Shown here piece by piece: positions 11,255 through 22,312 of a DNA stretch of 64,000 nucleotides. Source of the stretch: Muriicola sp. (GTDB lineage Bacteria; Bacteroidota; Bacteroidia; Flavobacteriales; Flavobacteriaceae); assembly GCA_041628355.1 (NCBI GenBank), contig JBFKPJ010000001.1, forward strand, positions 13,909-77,908, given 5' to 3'. The translations under genes and the position numbers were made by a program. Position 1 is the first letter of the stretch. Every line of letters starts with the position of its first letter. The notes under the pieces were generated by a model. The model worked only from the letters and a program-made list of their open reading frames with translations. It was not told the origin of the DNA and searched no databases.

Positions 11255-12859
11255 TTATGGCATTTGAAGCACATAAAATTCAGAGGAGAAGGGGTCCAGG
11301 GAATCCATCAGGAAAGGGATGAGATCCCGGCCCATTTCCAGGTATACTTCGGAGAAATTCATGAATCTCTCCTGCAGTGATCCATTGGGGAACAACTCAT
11401 TCTGTATCTCCGTCATGCGTTCCACCTGGTCTACCAGCTTTCGTTTCTGGGCCTTGAGCAAACGCTTCTCGAGATTGTCGAGTCCTTTTAACTGTTTGAC
11501 CTCCTGAGCTTTCACCGCCCCAAGAAAGGATTTGTCCGTCTGTTCTGCCAGGTCGTAGAGGGATTTAAACTGTTCCTTTAAATGTTCCCGTTGAGGGGTG
11601 AAGTCAATATCGATATTGGAGATCTCCCGGATCTTCTTGTTGATCAGTCGGTTCTGATTCAGGAAAAGATCACGGACATGAAGGTTCATTTTCCTGATCT
11701 TTTTCTCCTGTTTAGGGGTGATGAGCAGGGCGGAATTCCTGAGCAGCAAAGCCGGAAAGGGCACTTTTGCCGCATCAAAAGAAGACTTCAGCTCCAGCCA
11801 GTAGGCCAGCTCACCCCCTCCGCCTATATAACAGAGGTTGGGCAGGACCACTTCCTGGTAGAGTGGCCTGGTGATCACGTTGGGGGAAAATCGCTCTGGA
11901 TAAGCATCGATCTCAGCCTCCATCTCCGCCTGTGTAAACACCAGCTCCGTATTGTTCACAAAATACCTTCCCTCCCTCTCTATCAATCGCTCTCTCAGGC
12001 CGTCCTTGATATAGAAATAATTGATCTCCCTCGGATTCACCTGGATGGTATATCCGGAAGAAGCTTTTCCGAGTGACACCATGGTCTTACTCACTTTCTC
12101 ATAGGAGGTGTTATTGAACAGGTCGTCCTTTACATAAGGGGACAAGCTTCGTTTCAAAGCCCTGTCATCCCCGTCCACAATGACCAGCCCATACCGACCA
12201 AAGAGCTCGTTGACCAGATAGCGGGTGGCCTGTGTCAGGTCTGTCTGACCCAAATAGGCAGCAGAAAAGAGCTCCTGGAGTTCCACCGCGAATTTCCCGT
12301 GCCCCATTTCCATGGAAAAAAGGTCGAGGACCGCGTCCAGTCCGTCCGTGGAGAGCCTCCCCACAGGTCCGGAAGTATCCCGGTTCCATTGCAATTTCTT
12401 GCCCCTGAAATTAAAATAGTTGATCTCCTCAAAATCGTGGTCCTCCGTAGCCATCCAGTACACCGGCACAAAATGGTTCTCCGGATATTTCTCCCCAAGG
12501 GCTGATGCGAGCTTGATGGTACTGATGATCTTATACAGGAAATAAAGCGGACCTGTAAAGATATTGAGCTGATGCCCCGTGACCACGGTAAAGGTCCGGT
12601 CCTCCCCCAGCTTTTCGATCTGGGAGCTCACTTCTCCCGGTATTTCCAGGTGACTGTACTGTATTGTAAGGGCCTCAACCAGTACTTTGCGCTGTTCAGC
12701 AGAAAAGGATGCCTGTTTTTCCCTGATCTGGGCACCAAAGGCCACAGTAGAAGGGTATCGGTTGTAAAAATCCGCAAGGACTTTTGCCTGATCCAGATAA
12801 TCACAGATGATCTCCGAAAAATAGCCTGTTTCTCTGAACGGGATTCCTTCTGGCTGCAT
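11255..12859 (-). CDS. bshC: Bacillithiol biosynthesis cysteine-adding enzyme BshC
   Basis: VVTGHQLNIFTGPLY, YWMATEDHDFEEI, SPNVITRP, YIGGGGELAYW, LQER. Confidence 0.95.
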   Translation of the reverse strand: MQPEGIPFRETGYFSEIICDYLDQAKVLADFYNRYPSTVAFGAQIREKQASFSAEQRKVLVEALTIQYSHLEIPGEVSSQIEKLGEDRTFTVVTGHQLNIFTGPLYFLYKIISTIKLASALGEKYPENHFVPVYWMATEDHDFEEINYFNFRGKKLQWNRDTSGPVGRLSTDGLDAVLDLFSMEMGHGKFAVELQELFSAAYLGQTDLTQATRYLVNELFGRYGLVIVDGDDRALKRSLSPYVKDDLFNNTSYEKVSKTMVSLGKASSGYTIQVNPREINYFYIKDGLRERLIEREGRYFVNNTELVFTQAEMEAEIDAYPERFSPNVITRPLYQEVVLPNLCYIGGGGELAYWLELKSSFDAAKVPFPALLLRNSALLITPKQEKKIRKMNLHVRDLFLNQNRLINKKIREISNIDIDFTPQREHLKEQFKSLYDLAEQTDKSFLGAVKAQEVKQLKGLDNLEKRLLKAQKRKLVDQVERMTEIQNELFPNGSLQERFMNFSEVYLEMGRDLIPFLMDSLDPFSSEFYVLQMP

Positions 12860-13075
12860 ATAGGATCGTTATCGCCCTCAAAGATAAGGTTCTCGCATTA
12901 GTGGTTTCCTAAAAATACGTTAAGTTGAGGAATATAGACCAATGGTTTTACAGAGACTGGCAGCCAACCCGGTGCCGGTCTGAAATTTTTGGTCGCTACC
13001 TTGAGCGAAACTCTCCCTGCTAAAAATTATAGATTTTATCATTAGATTTGAACGCTTTATCTCAGACCCAACAAG

Positions 13076-15532
13076 ATGAAAAAATACTTCCTTTATTTTC
13101 TTTTTTTCCTGTCCCTGACGGGGCTTTCACAGACCATCCAATCCCCTTCCGAGTTCCTTGGATATGAACTGGGCTCGGAGTTTACCAGGCACCACCAGGT
13201 GGTCGACTACTACAAATACCTCGCTTCTGCAGCCCCTGACCGGATGAAGCTGCAGGAATACGGCAAAACGAACGAGAGGAGACCCCTTTTACTGGCCTAT
13301 GTGAGCTCGGCGGAGAATATCCGGAATCTGGAAGAGATCAGACAGGCCCATCTGGAAAGCACCTCAGGGGGAGGAAACGCCTCCAGGGCCATCGTATGGC
13401 TGAGTTACAACGTACACGGTAATGAGAGTGTAAGCACGGAGGCCTCCATGCAGACCATCTATGCCCTCCTGACCCAAAAACAGGGCTACCTGGACAACAC
13501 AGTGGTGATCATCGATCCATGTATCAACCCGGATGGACGCGACAGGTATGTGAACTGGTACAATTCTTTTAAGAATACACCCTATCAGGTAGACCCCAAC
13601 AGCAAGGAGCATCACGAAGGATGGCTGAGCGGAAGGGCAAACCACTATATGTTCGACCTCAACAGGGACTGGGCGTGGCTGACCCAGGTGGAAAGTCAGC
13701 AAAGATTGAAGATATTCAACCAGTGGATGCCCCACATACATGTAGACTTCCACGAACAGAGCGTAAACAACCCTTATTTCTTTGCCCCATCGGCTGAACC
13801 CTTCCATGAAGTGATCACCCCATTCCAGCGTTCCTTCCAGGAAACCCTGGGAAGGAACCACGCTAAATATTTTGATGCCAACGGCTGGTTCTATTTTACC
13901 AAAGAGCGATTCGATCTTTTCTATCCCAGCTACGGGGACACCTACCCCACCTACAACGGGGCGATCGGGATGACATACGAACAAGGAGGCAGCGGAAGGG
14001 CCGGCCTGGGTGTGATCACCGGTATAGGAGATACCCTCACCCTCAAAGACCGGATCGCCCACCACTACACCACAGGGATCTCCACAGTGGAGGTGGCCTC
14101 CCAAAACCATTCAGCCCTGAATGAAGAATTCAGAAAATTCTATCAAAACCGGGATTACAAATACAAGAGCTACGTGCTCAACGGAAACCCGGACCATAAA
14201 AGGGCCCTGACCAGCCTGCTGGACCAGCACGGCATAGAGTACGGGTGGGGATCAGACGGACAGGCTAAAGGTTTTGTATACAGCTCTGGGAAAAGCGGGG
14301 TCTTACCGGTGAATTCGGAGAGCCTGGTGGTCTCCACGAACCAGACCAAAGGAACCCTGGTCAAAGTTCTGTTCGAGCCCGATGCCAGGCTTAGCGATTC
14401 CCTCACTTATGATATCACTGCCTGGTCCCTTCCCTATGCCTACGGGCTGGATGCCCTGGCTTCCACAGTCCCGGTCAGATCTGCCATCGAGGCAAAATCG
14501 GCCTCCTCCCCCAGTCCCCCTCGGGACTCCTATGCCTATGTGACGGATTGGAACAGCATGGAAGACGCCCGTTTCCTGGCCGAGCTCCTAAAGGCCGGTA
14601 TACGCGTGCGCACATCCCACTCCCCTTTTAGTTTGAATGGCAAGTCCTTCCAGAGAGGAAGTCTGATCATCACCAGGGCAGACAATTCTGATCCAGCCAA
14701 AATAAGCCGTCTTTTCGGAATTTTTGGGAAGTATCCCCATAAAGAAATCACTGCCGTTTCCACAGGGTATGTGGACCGGGGCAAGGACTTCGGCTCCAGC
14801 GATGTGAAGATGATCCCCGCCGTAAAGGTCGGGGTGCTCTCGGGCGATCCCACCTCTACCTTGCGCTTCGGGGAGATCTGGCACTTTTTTGAACAACAAT
14901 TGCACTACCCCCTGACCGTACTGGATGCAGAGTATTTCGGCAGGGTTGACCTGGCTGAATACGACGTACTGGTACTTCCGGACGGATGGGGCTACCGCTC
15001 CTTTCTCAACGAGTCTACCCTGGAACGGATCAGGGACTGGGTGAGAGGTGGGGGCCGACTCATAGCCATGGGGAGCGCTATCAGTTCCCTGGAAGGGAAG
15101 GACGGTTTTGGTATTCAGGAAAACAAGGAGGGCAAGGGTGATGCAGAAGGAGGAACAGCACCCGAAACCTATGATGAAGCAGAAAGGGAACGCATGAAGA
15201 ACCAGATCACAGGGGCGATCTTCAGGACCAGGGTAGATCCTACACACCCGCTGGCTTTTGGTTACGGGAATACCTATTACAGCCTGAAACTGGGAAATGA
15301 CAGTTACAAATATCTGGACCGGGGCTCAGTGGCCTATCTGGATGGGCTTGTGCGCCCGGTAGCCGGCTTTGCCGGTAGCGAGGCACAGAAACAGATCGCG
15401 AATTCCCTCGTATTCGGCGTGGAAAATTCAGGGAGGGGACAGGTGGTCTATATGGTTGACAATCCGCTCTTCAGGGGATTCTGGGAAAACGGCAAACTCT
15501 TCTTTGCCAACGCGCTTTTTATGTTGGATTAA
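13076..15532 (+). CDS. Secreted M14 zinc carboxypeptidase with C-terminal class I GATase-like domain
   Basis: Signal peptide, VHGNE, NPDGRD, DLNRD, DFHE; upstream TAGATTTG -7 element at 13043-13050. Confidence 0.9.
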   Translation: MKKYFLYFLFFLSLTGLSQTIQSPSEFLGYELGSEFTRHHQVVDYYKYLASAAPDRMKLQEYGKTNERRPLLLAYVSSAENIRNLEEIRQAHLESTSGGGNASRAIVWLSYNVHGNESVSTEASMQTIYALLTQKQGYLDNTVVIIDPCINPDGRDRYVNWYNSFKNTPYQVDPNSKEHHEGWLSGRANHYMFDLNRDWAWLTQVESQQRLKIFNQWMPHIHVDFHEQSVNNPYFFAPSAEPFHEVITPFQRSFQETLGRNHAKYFDANGWFYFTKERFDLFYPSYGDTYPTYNGAIGMTYEQGGSGRAGLGVITGIGDTLTLKDRIAHHYTTGISTVEVASQNHSALNEEFRKFYQNRDYKYKSYVLNGNPDHKRALTSLLDQHGIEYGWGSDGQAKGFVYSSGKSGVLPVNSESLVVSTNQTKGTLVKVLFEPDARLSDSLTYDITAWSLPYAYGLDALASTVPVRSAIEAKSASSPSPPRDSYAYVTDWNSMEDARFLAELLKAGIRVRTSHSPFSLNGKSFQRGSLIITRADNSDPAKISRLFGIFGKYPHKEITAVSTGYVDRGKDFGSSDVKMIPAVKVGVLSGDPTSTLRFGEIWHFFEQQLHYPLTVLDAEYFGRVDLAEYDVLVLPDGWGYRSFLNESTLERIRDWVRGGGRLIAMGSAISSLEGKDGFGIQENKEGKGDAEGGTAPETYDEAERERMKNQITGAIFRTRVDPTHPLAFGYGNTYYSLKLGNDSYKYLDRGSVAYLDGLVRPVAGFAGSEAQKQIANSLVFGVENSGRGQVVYMVDNPLFRGFWENGKLFFANALFMLD

Positions 15533-15556
15533 TTCAGTGAATTCGAAAAATAGGGG

Positions 15557-16633
15557 TCAGTAGAGCATAAAGGCCATAAATACAATACCCAAAAATGCCA
15601 CGGGCAGGATGAACAGCATATAGATGAAGGAAATGACATTGGCTTTCAGGAAGGCCCCGATCCAGCTGCTGCGATAAAAGTTCCTCAGGGCCACCATCAG
15701 GTAGACCAGGTAGGACAGGGTGATGATCACTTCCAGCCACACCGGTACTTCAATCAGTTTGTTGGCCAGGATTAAAATGCAGAAAGCCGTGAATAAAAAA
15801 GTAAAAAAATAGAAGCTGAACACCATGTGGTGGGCAAAATTCCCCCTCCTCCAGTAAAAAATCTTCAGCAACATGGCAAAGATCGGCATCAGCAGGAACA
15901 TAGCAATAGGGATGGTGTCGAAAAAGGTCTGGATTATCCCTCCTCCCCTTTGTACATATAGTTTGTAGACCTGCTCGTAGATGCGGCGGTTAAAAACGGA
16001 AGCGTTATCCTCCATCCCCATGGCCTTTAGTTTTTGATCCATGGGGGCGTTGATGGCGATGAGGGAGTCGAGTTCATCCTTGTCAAAATCAAAGGTGATG
16101 CCGCGGTTCAGGCTGGAAGGGTTTTCTGCTGTCTCGGTCATGACCGAGTCAATATCTGCCATGTCCTCATCGGAAATTCCCCATTTTTTCTGGTTGTTTT
16201 TCAACATTTCCTTGGTTTTCACCAATTGAAGGGAATCATTGGAGCTCAGTTTCACAGAATCCTTTATAGTCTCCATGCTATCTTGTTCGATGTTCTTCTT
16301 GAGTGCCTCTGTCATCTTATTGTCTGCTTCCCGAATGCTGAAGGAGAACAAAAAGAAAAAGACAACCGAAACAAACAGGTAGAATTGTGCGGGGTGCAGA
16401 TAATACAGACGTTTGCCGTCCACGAACCTCCGTGCCAGCACCCCGGGTTTAAAGATCAGGGGGATAAAACTCCGGAAGAAACGGGCATCCACAGAAAAGT
16501 AGTCACTGATCGTCTTGCTGAACAAGACGCCGAAGGTGAGGTTGTCCGTCACCTCCTGCCCGCATCTGGGGCAGTATTCATAGGCAGGGTCCAGGAGGTG
16601 GTCACAGTTCTTACAGCGGTTGGTTTCGGCCAT
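15557..16633 (-). CDS. DUF3667 domain membrane protein
   Basis: N-terminal CKNC...YCPRCGQ zinc ribbon, KPG...G.R..Y.HP motif, several TM helices. Confidence 0.85.
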   Translation of the reverse strand: MAETNRCKNCDHLLDPAYEYCPRCGQEVTDNLTFGVLFSKTISDYFSVDARFFRSFIPLIFKPGVLARRFVDGKRLYYLHPAQFYLFVSVVFFFLFSFSIREADNKMTEALKKNIEQDSMETIKDSVKLSSNDSLQLVKTKEMLKNNQKKWGISDEDMADIDSVMTETAENPSSLNRGITFDFDKDELDSLIAINAPMDQKLKAMGMEDNASVFNRRIYEQVYKLYVQRGGGIIQTFFDTIPIAMFLLMPIFAMLLKIFYWRRGNFAHHMVFSFYFFTFLFTAFCILILANKLIEVPVWLEVIITLSYLVYLMVALRNFYRSSWIGAFLKANVISFIYMLFILPVAFLGIVFMAFMLY

Positions 16634-16784
16634 GGGTCGATTTTTATATAAAAGTAGAAAAATTTCAATTTCAAAGGGGTTCAGGTATGGGTCCAAAGGA
16701 ATGATTCCTTATTTAACCTTCTTTTCCATGATCATCTTCCACTCTCTTTGTACCTTAGATACTATCCTGTATTTCTTAAGACGA

Positions 16785-17474
16785 ATGGGAACCGAGAACG
16801 TAACCGCATTTTTGGAAACCCTGGAGCGACTCTGCGCTGAGGCTGCCGATGAAAGGACAGCCGAAGGCCAAAAAGCCTATATGCGCCACCAATTTCCTTT
16901 TTATGGGATCAAGACCCCGAAGAGAAGGGAGATCCAGAGATTCCTGTTCCAAAAAGAACGCCTGCCTTCCAAAAAGGACATGCACGGAATCATCCAAAAA
17001 CTTTGGGGAAAGAACGAGCGGGAAAACCAGTACATTGCCCAGGAACTCGCGGGGAAATATATCCGGGCTATGGAACCAGAAGACTATGCCTTATACGAGC
17101 ATATGATCACCCATAAATCCTGGTGGGATACGGTTGACTTTATCGCGGTGAAGCTCGTGGGGCCCTACTTCAAATCCTTCCCGGGAAAAAGGGATGGGAT
17201 CACAGAAAACTGGTTGTCTTCCGGGAATATTTGGTTGCAGCGCACCGTGCTCCTCTTCCAATTGAAATACAAAGAGGATCTGGATACGCATTTCCTGGAG
17301 AGGACGATCTCCCGCCTCTCGGGTTCTCGAGAATTCTTCATCAATAAGGCGATCGGCTGGATCCTGAGGGAATACAGCAAGACCAATCCCTCCTGGGTAC
17401 AGGGATTTACCGCTTCAATACCCCTGCATCCCCTGAGTGCAAGGGAGGCCCTCAGGTTACTAAAGAAATCATAG
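16785..17474 (+). CDS. DNA alkylation repair protein (AlkD-like HEAT-repeat glycosylase)
   Basis: AYMRHQFPFYGIKTPKRR, SWWDTVD, EFFINKAIGWILREYSK, LSAREA. Confidence 0.9.
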   Translation: MGTENVTAFLETLERLCAEAADERTAEGQKAYMRHQFPFYGIKTPKRREIQRFLFQKERLPSKKDMHGIIQKLWGKNERENQYIAQELAGKYIRAMEPEDYALYEHMITHKSWWDTVDFIAVKLVGPYFKSFPGKRDGITENWLSSGNIWLQRTVLLFQLKYKEDLDTHFLERTISRLSGSREFFINKAIGWILREYSKTNPSWVQGFTASIPLHPLSAREALRLLKKS

Positions 17475-17494
17475 CATGGAAAGGGATCTGCAGC

Positions 17495-18757
17495 CTACAG
17501 ACTTTCAGCTTCAAGGCGTGTGGATTTTTTGACGAGCTTACCAACCGTGAGCCCCTGTACGATGATGGAGAAAACAACTACGATATAGGTGATCAGCAGG
17601 AACAGATCCCTGTTCATTTCCCCGGTGAGGCCCAGTGCAAGGGCTATGGATATGGCCCCCCTGAGTCCACCCCAGGTCATGATCACACCGGTCCTGGGAA
17701 CAAATTCCAGCTTTCTTTTGAAAAATGAAATAGGCAGCAAGAGAGAAAGGTAGCGGCAGAGGAGGACGATCGGTATCGTTATCAGACCCGCGAGCAGGTA
17801 GTTGGAGTCGAAGGTCAGCACGAGGATCTCCATCCCCAGGAGCACAAACAGCAAAGTGTTGAGCAGGATATCTATCAACTCCCAGAACTTGTCGACATAG
17901 ACCATGGTGTTTTCTGACATGGCACTGGTCCTGACATTGTCATTCCCGATCATCAGTCCGGCTACGACCATAGCCAGAGGGGCTGAGACATGGAGTTGAT
18001 GGGCGAGAACAGTTCCCGTCATGACGGTGGCCAGGGTGATAATGACCTCAATATCGTAATCGTCTATGTTCCTCATCAGCCTGTAGGTTGCCCATCCCAG
18101 CAACAATCCGAGGGCAATACCCCCAAAAACCTCAACCCCAAAAAGCTTAGTCACGCTCCAGGCAGTGACAGCCTCTTCTGAGGGAGACGCGATCTCAAAG
18201 AGGGTGAGGAAGACCACGACCCCGACCCCGTCGTTGAACAGGGATTCTCCCACGATCTTCGTCTCCAGTTTCTTGGGTACCCCGGCTTTTTTCAGGATTC
18301 CCAAGACGGCGATGGGATCCGTAGGAGAGATCAGGGCCCCGAAAAGCAGACAGTGTATAAAGGGCACCTCCATGCCCAGGGCTATTAAGAGATAATAAGT
18401 TGCCGTACCTACCAGAAAAGTGGAGGTCAGCACCCCAAGGGTCGAAAAACTCAGGATAGGCCAGCGATGTTTTTTCAGCTGGTCGAAATCGGTATGAAGC
18501 GCCCCGGCAAAGAGCAGGAAACTCAGCATGATATCGAGGAGGACCGTTTTAAAGTCGATTTGCGAAAGGATATATCGCTCCACGTTCAGCAGGGTGGGAT
18601 CGATATAGCTCCAGGCGAAGACGGCCAGGGTCAGCAGGATGGTGATGAACATGAGCCCGATGGTATTGGGCATTTTCAGGTAACGGACATTGATGTAACC
18701 AAAGATCGCTGAGAGGAATACGAGGATGGTCGCAATGGTGAACGGTTCGAACTGCAT
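17495..18757 (-). CDS. CPA1 (NhaP-type) Na+/H+ antiporter
   Basis: ISPTDPIAV, GESLFNDG, WGGLRG, QGLT motifs. Confidence 0.92.
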   Translation of the reverse strand: MQFEPFTIATILVFLSAIFGYINVRYLKMPNTIGLMFITILLTLAVFAWSYIDPTLLNVERYILSQIDFKTVLLDIMLSFLLFAGALHTDFDQLKKHRWPILSFSTLGVLTSTFLVGTATYYLLIALGMEVPFIHCLLFGALISPTDPIAVLGILKKAGVPKKLETKIVGESLFNDGVGVVVFLTLFEIASPSEEAVTAWSVTKLFGVEVFGGIALGLLLGWATYRLMRNIDDYDIEVIITLATVMTGTVLAHQLHVSAPLAMVVAGLMIGNDNVRTSAMSENTMVYVDKFWELIDILLNTLLFVLLGMEILVLTFDSNYLLAGLITIPIVLLCRYLSLLLPISFFKRKLEFVPRTGVIMTWGGLRGAISIALALGLTGEMNRDLFLLITYIVVVFSIIVQGLTVGKLVKKSTRLEAESL

Positions 18758-19050
18758 GACCCAAATGTACTCCTCCTTCAGGAGATGTCAAAAACGGATT
18801 TCGTAATTTTTGCTCTGTGCGAGGCATGTGTATGCGGATTGGACCTCTTGGGAGATCGGGAGGATAGATCAGTGAAAACCAGCCTAGCTCATTTGATTTA
18901 TGCCAATTATTTGCGAACTTCAAACACAGATATGCACGAGCTGTAAGAGGGACCATCAATAAGTAAAACAAAGAATACTTTGATTGGAATAGAACCATCA
19001 CCCGTGTTACCTCCTGGGATTTTTCAACCTATTGAAGGAAGTATCGCATT

Positions 19051-19938
19051 ATGAAATACATCGACTACTATAAGATCCTGGGGGTCCCGAAAAATGCCTC
19101 CCAGCAGGACATCAAAAAGGCCTACCGAAAACTCGCCAGGAAATACCATCCGGACGTAAATCCCGGTGACGCCTCCGCTGAGAAGAAGTTCAAGGAGATC
19201 AATGAAGCCAACGAGGTCCTGGGCAATCCCGAGAACCGGGCCAAATACGATGAGTACGGAAAGGACTGGCAGCATGCCGAGGCCTTTGAAAAAGCCAAAA
19301 AGGAACAGGCCCAGTACCGGCAGTCGCATCAGCGGTCCGGAAGGTCGGCCTTTTCGGATGACGACTTTTCCGATTTCTTCAGCGCCATGTTCGGGGGAAG
19401 CAGGGGGAGACAGCAGCGCGGTATGCAGTTCAGGGGACAGGATGTACAGGCCGAACTGGAACTGCCCCTGGAGGAGGTCTACAGGACCCACAAGCGCACC
19501 CTGACGGTCAGTGGCAAGAACATACGGCTTACCATCCCCGCAGGCATACGCCACGGGCAGGTGATCAAGATCAAGAACCACGGGGGAGAAGGCATTAACG
19601 GAGGTCCGCGGGGAGATCTCCACATCCGGTTCTCCATAGTGAACAACACCCGGTTCAGGAGGGACGAGGACCACCTGTATACCACGGTGAAACTCGACCT
19701 GTACAAGGCCGTGCTCGGGGGAGATATCATCGTGCACACTTTTGAGGGGCAAGTGAAACTGAAAGTAAAACCCGAGACCCCGAACGGGACTCAGGTAAAA
19801 CTGAAAGGAAAGGGATTCCCGGTTTACAAGAAGGAAGGGCAATTTGGGGATCTCTTCATCACTTATGAGATCGAACTCCCAAAAAACCTTTCCCCCAGGG
19901 AGAAACAACTATTCGAAGAACTTGCTAAATTGAGATAG
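19051..19938 (+). CDS. cbpA: CbpA-like class B J-domain protein
   Basis: J domain with HPD, G/F region, DnaJ C-terminal domains, no zinc finger; followed directly by a cbpM-like gene. Confidence 0.85.
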   Translation: MKYIDYYKILGVPKNASQQDIKKAYRKLARKYHPDVNPGDASAEKKFKEINEANEVLGNPENRAKYDEYGKDWQHAEAFEKAKKEQAQYRQSHQRSGRSAFSDDDFSDFFSAMFGGSRGRQQRGMQFRGQDVQAELELPLEEVYRTHKRTLTVSGKNIRLTIPAGIRHGQVIKIKNHGGEGINGGPRGDLHIRFSIVNNTRFRRDEDHLYTTVKLDLYKAVLGGDIIVHTFEGQVKLKVKPETPNGTQVKLKGKGFPVYKKEGQFGDLFITYEIELPKNLSPREKQLFEELAKLR

Positions 19939-19940
19939 GT

Positions 19941-20240
19941 ATGTCAAAAAAGGAATTTTTTCCAGTAATACAATTATGCGAACTCTATGACCTTGAAACC
20001 GAATTTTTTGAGGAATTGGGGGAATTTGGGCTTATCGATCTCAGGGTGTACCGTGGTGAGCAATGCATTCACCAGGATTCCTTGCAGGAAGCGGAGAGGA
20101 TCATCCGTATCCACAGGGACCTCCGGGTGAATCTGGAAGGGATAGACGTAGTGCTCCAGCTGCTCAGGAGACAGGAAGAGCTCGAAGCCCGGCTTCTGAG
20201 GTTGAGCAACAGATTGAGGCGTTACGAGGATCCATTCTAG
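19941..20240 (+). CDS. cbpM: Chaperone modulator CbpM (MerR-like HTH)
   Basis: RIHRDLRVNLEGIDVVLQLL; 2 nt after cbpA. Confidence 0.85.
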   Translation: MSKKEFFPVIQLCELYDLETEFFEELGEFGLIDLRVYRGEQCIHQDSLQEAERIIRIHRDLRVNLEGIDVVLQLLRRQEELEARLLRLSNRLRRYEDPF

Positions 20241-20296
20241 GCATGCCAATTGTATCTATTTTTATCGGATTATAACCCACTAACCTGCCCTTTGTT

Positions 20297-21487
20297 ATGG
20301 ATTTGATTTTTCTAAGTTCTTTTCACACTTCTATTACCCTGATCTGCATTGTCGGGCTGGGGGTCGTCCTGTCGGGTTTCCTCCTGAACAAGATCAAACA
20401 ACCCACCCTGATCGCTTATATCCTCATCGGGGTTTTGATAGGTCCTTTTGGATTAGACCTGATCGGGGACCAGGAGACTATAATGCACATAGGAGAATTG
20501 GGGATCATCCTGCTCTTCTTCTTTATCGGGATGGAGATCGACCTCTACTCCTTTATCGGCAATTGGCGCCTGGCGGTTTTCGGCACCCTGGGCCAGATCT
20601 TTCTGAGTATAGGGGCTATGGGTGCCATAGGCGTGCTCTTTGGCTGGAACAATACCCGTATTCTGGTGATGGGATTTGTCATCGCCCTGTCGAGTTCGGC
20701 CGTGATCTTCAAGTTACTCGAGGACAAGAAGCTGCTCGACAAGAAGATCGGCCAAAACGTGTCGAGCATCCTTCTTGCCCAGGATATTGCCATTGCTCCT
20801 ATCCTTATCCTCATCTCCATCTTTGGTGGGGAGGATACCTCCACTGAATCCATAATCCTGAAGATAATAGGAGGAATCCTGATTATCGCGACCATTTTGT
20901 ATATCTATATAAAAAAGGAGATCAACTGGCTCCCTTTTCGCAAATCCATCATGAGGGATCACGAGTTGCAGGTCTTCCTGGCCCTTTTCTTCTGTTTTGC
21001 GGGGGCAGGCATCGCAGGACTCTTCGGGATCTCCGAGGCTCTTGGAGCCTTTGTGGGCGGTTTAGTGATGCATGCAGGGAAGGCTGTAAGCTGGATACAC
21101 GACGCCATACACTCCTTCCGCATCCTATTCGTTGCCGTATTTTTTATTGCTATTGGTGCCCAGATCAACATCACCTTCCTGATGGAAAACCTCCTGCCGC
21201 TGGGATTGTCACTGGTGACGGTATTTTTCCTGAACCACACCATCAACGCCCTCATCCTCCGGGCCTACAACAACAGCTGGAAAGAAGCGATATTCGGGGG
21301 CGCGATGCTTGCCCAGATCGGAGAACTGAGCTTCCTGATCTGCATAACGGCCTTTAACCTGAACATCCTGACCCAGTACGCTTACGACTTTACTATTTCC
21401 CTGATCTCCCTGACCATTGGGATCAGCCCATTCTGGATTTTTTTAACGGAAAGGATCAGCACTAAAAAACAAATTACAGCCCCATAA
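20297..21487 (+). CDS. CPA2 cation:proton antiporter (transmembrane part only, no KTN domain)
   Basis: ELGIILLFFFIGME, ALSSSAV, LLAQD, AQIGELSF. Confidence 0.88.
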   Translation: MDLIFLSSFHTSITLICIVGLGVVLSGFLLNKIKQPTLIAYILIGVLIGPFGLDLIGDQETIMHIGELGIILLFFFIGMEIDLYSFIGNWRLAVFGTLGQIFLSIGAMGAIGVLFGWNNTRILVMGFVIALSSSAVIFKLLEDKKLLDKKIGQNVSSILLAQDIAIAPILILISIFGGEDTSTESIILKIIGGILIIATILYIYIKKEINWLPFRKSIMRDHELQVFLALFFCFAGAGIAGLFGISEALGAFVGGLVMHAGKAVSWIHDAIHSFRILFVAVFFIAIGAQINITFLMENLLPLGLSLVTVFFLNHTINALILRAYNNSWKEAIFGGAMLAQIGELSFLICITAFNLNILTQYAYDFTISLISLTIGISPFWIFLTERISTKKQITAP

Positions 21488-21525
21488 ATCTTACCTTGAA
21501 CAGGCGAATCAGAAAAGAGGAAACT

Positions 21526-22227
21526 ATGGAAAAACGAATAAAAAAAGAGAATCATTACCTGGGCAGGAGCAACTGGCTCAGGGCCTCCATCCTCGGGGCA
21601 AATGACGGTATTCTCTCTACGGCCAGTATCATTGTCGGGGTGGCTGCAGCTTCCACCTCACGGGAGCCCATCGTGATCGCAGGGGTAGCCGGACTGGTGG
21701 CGGGTGCCCTGTCCATGGCGGCAGGGGAATACGTTTCGGTCAGTTCCCAGACGGATATAGAAACGTCGGACCTGGACAGGGAGCGAAGGGAACTCAGGGA
21801 TATGCCCGAGGAGGAACTCAAAGAGCTGGCCCATATTTACCAGTTGAGAGGCCTGAGTCCGGACCTGGCCATGAAAGTGGCGCAACAGCTTACGGAGCAC
21901 GATGCCCTGGGAGCACATGCCCGTGATGAACTGGGGATCCACAGCCTCACCCGGGCCAAACCCCTGGAAGCGGCGATAGCCTCAGGTGCATCCTTTGTCT
22001 TCGGTGCAATTCTTCCGGTCATAGCTGCTCTACTGATCCCTGTTAAATTAATGATCCTGTGGCAATACATCCTTACCACCATCTTTCTGATCATTCTGGG
22101 CGCTTACGCCGCCAAGGCAGGAGGGTCAAGTGTGAGAAAGGCCGTGCTCAGGATCACTTTCTGGGGCACCATTGCCATGGGGGTAACCGCTTATATCGGT
22201 CACCTCTTCGGGGTATCGGTCTCTTGA
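21526..22227 (+). CDS. VIT1/CCC1 family Fe/Mn transporter
   Basis: LRASILGANDGILS, SMAAGEYVSVSSQ, HARDELG. Confidence 0.93.
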   Translation: MEKRIKKENHYLGRSNWLRASILGANDGILSTASIIVGVAAASTSREPIVIAGVAGLVAGALSMAAGEYVSVSSQTDIETSDLDRERRELRDMPEEELKELAHIYQLRGLSPDLAMKVAQQLTEHDALGAHARDELGIHSLTRAKPLEAAIASGASFVFGAILPVIAALLIPVKLMILWQYILTTIFLIILGAYAAKAGGSSVRKAVLRITFWGTIAMGVTAYIGHLFGVSVS

Positions 22228-22312
22228 TGAAGTGGCCTGGTGCCAAAACTGATATCATAAAATTTCGTAGCTTTTTAGGGAAAATTTTTCTGACTGCTTA
22301 TGAGCAAAGGCA

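Noticed and set aside
12954-13008. Two short hairpins between the bshC and M14 peptidase promoters
   Set aside because: Single copy, no U-tract, no terminal repeats or target duplication; not enough evidence for a REP, MITE or ncRNA.
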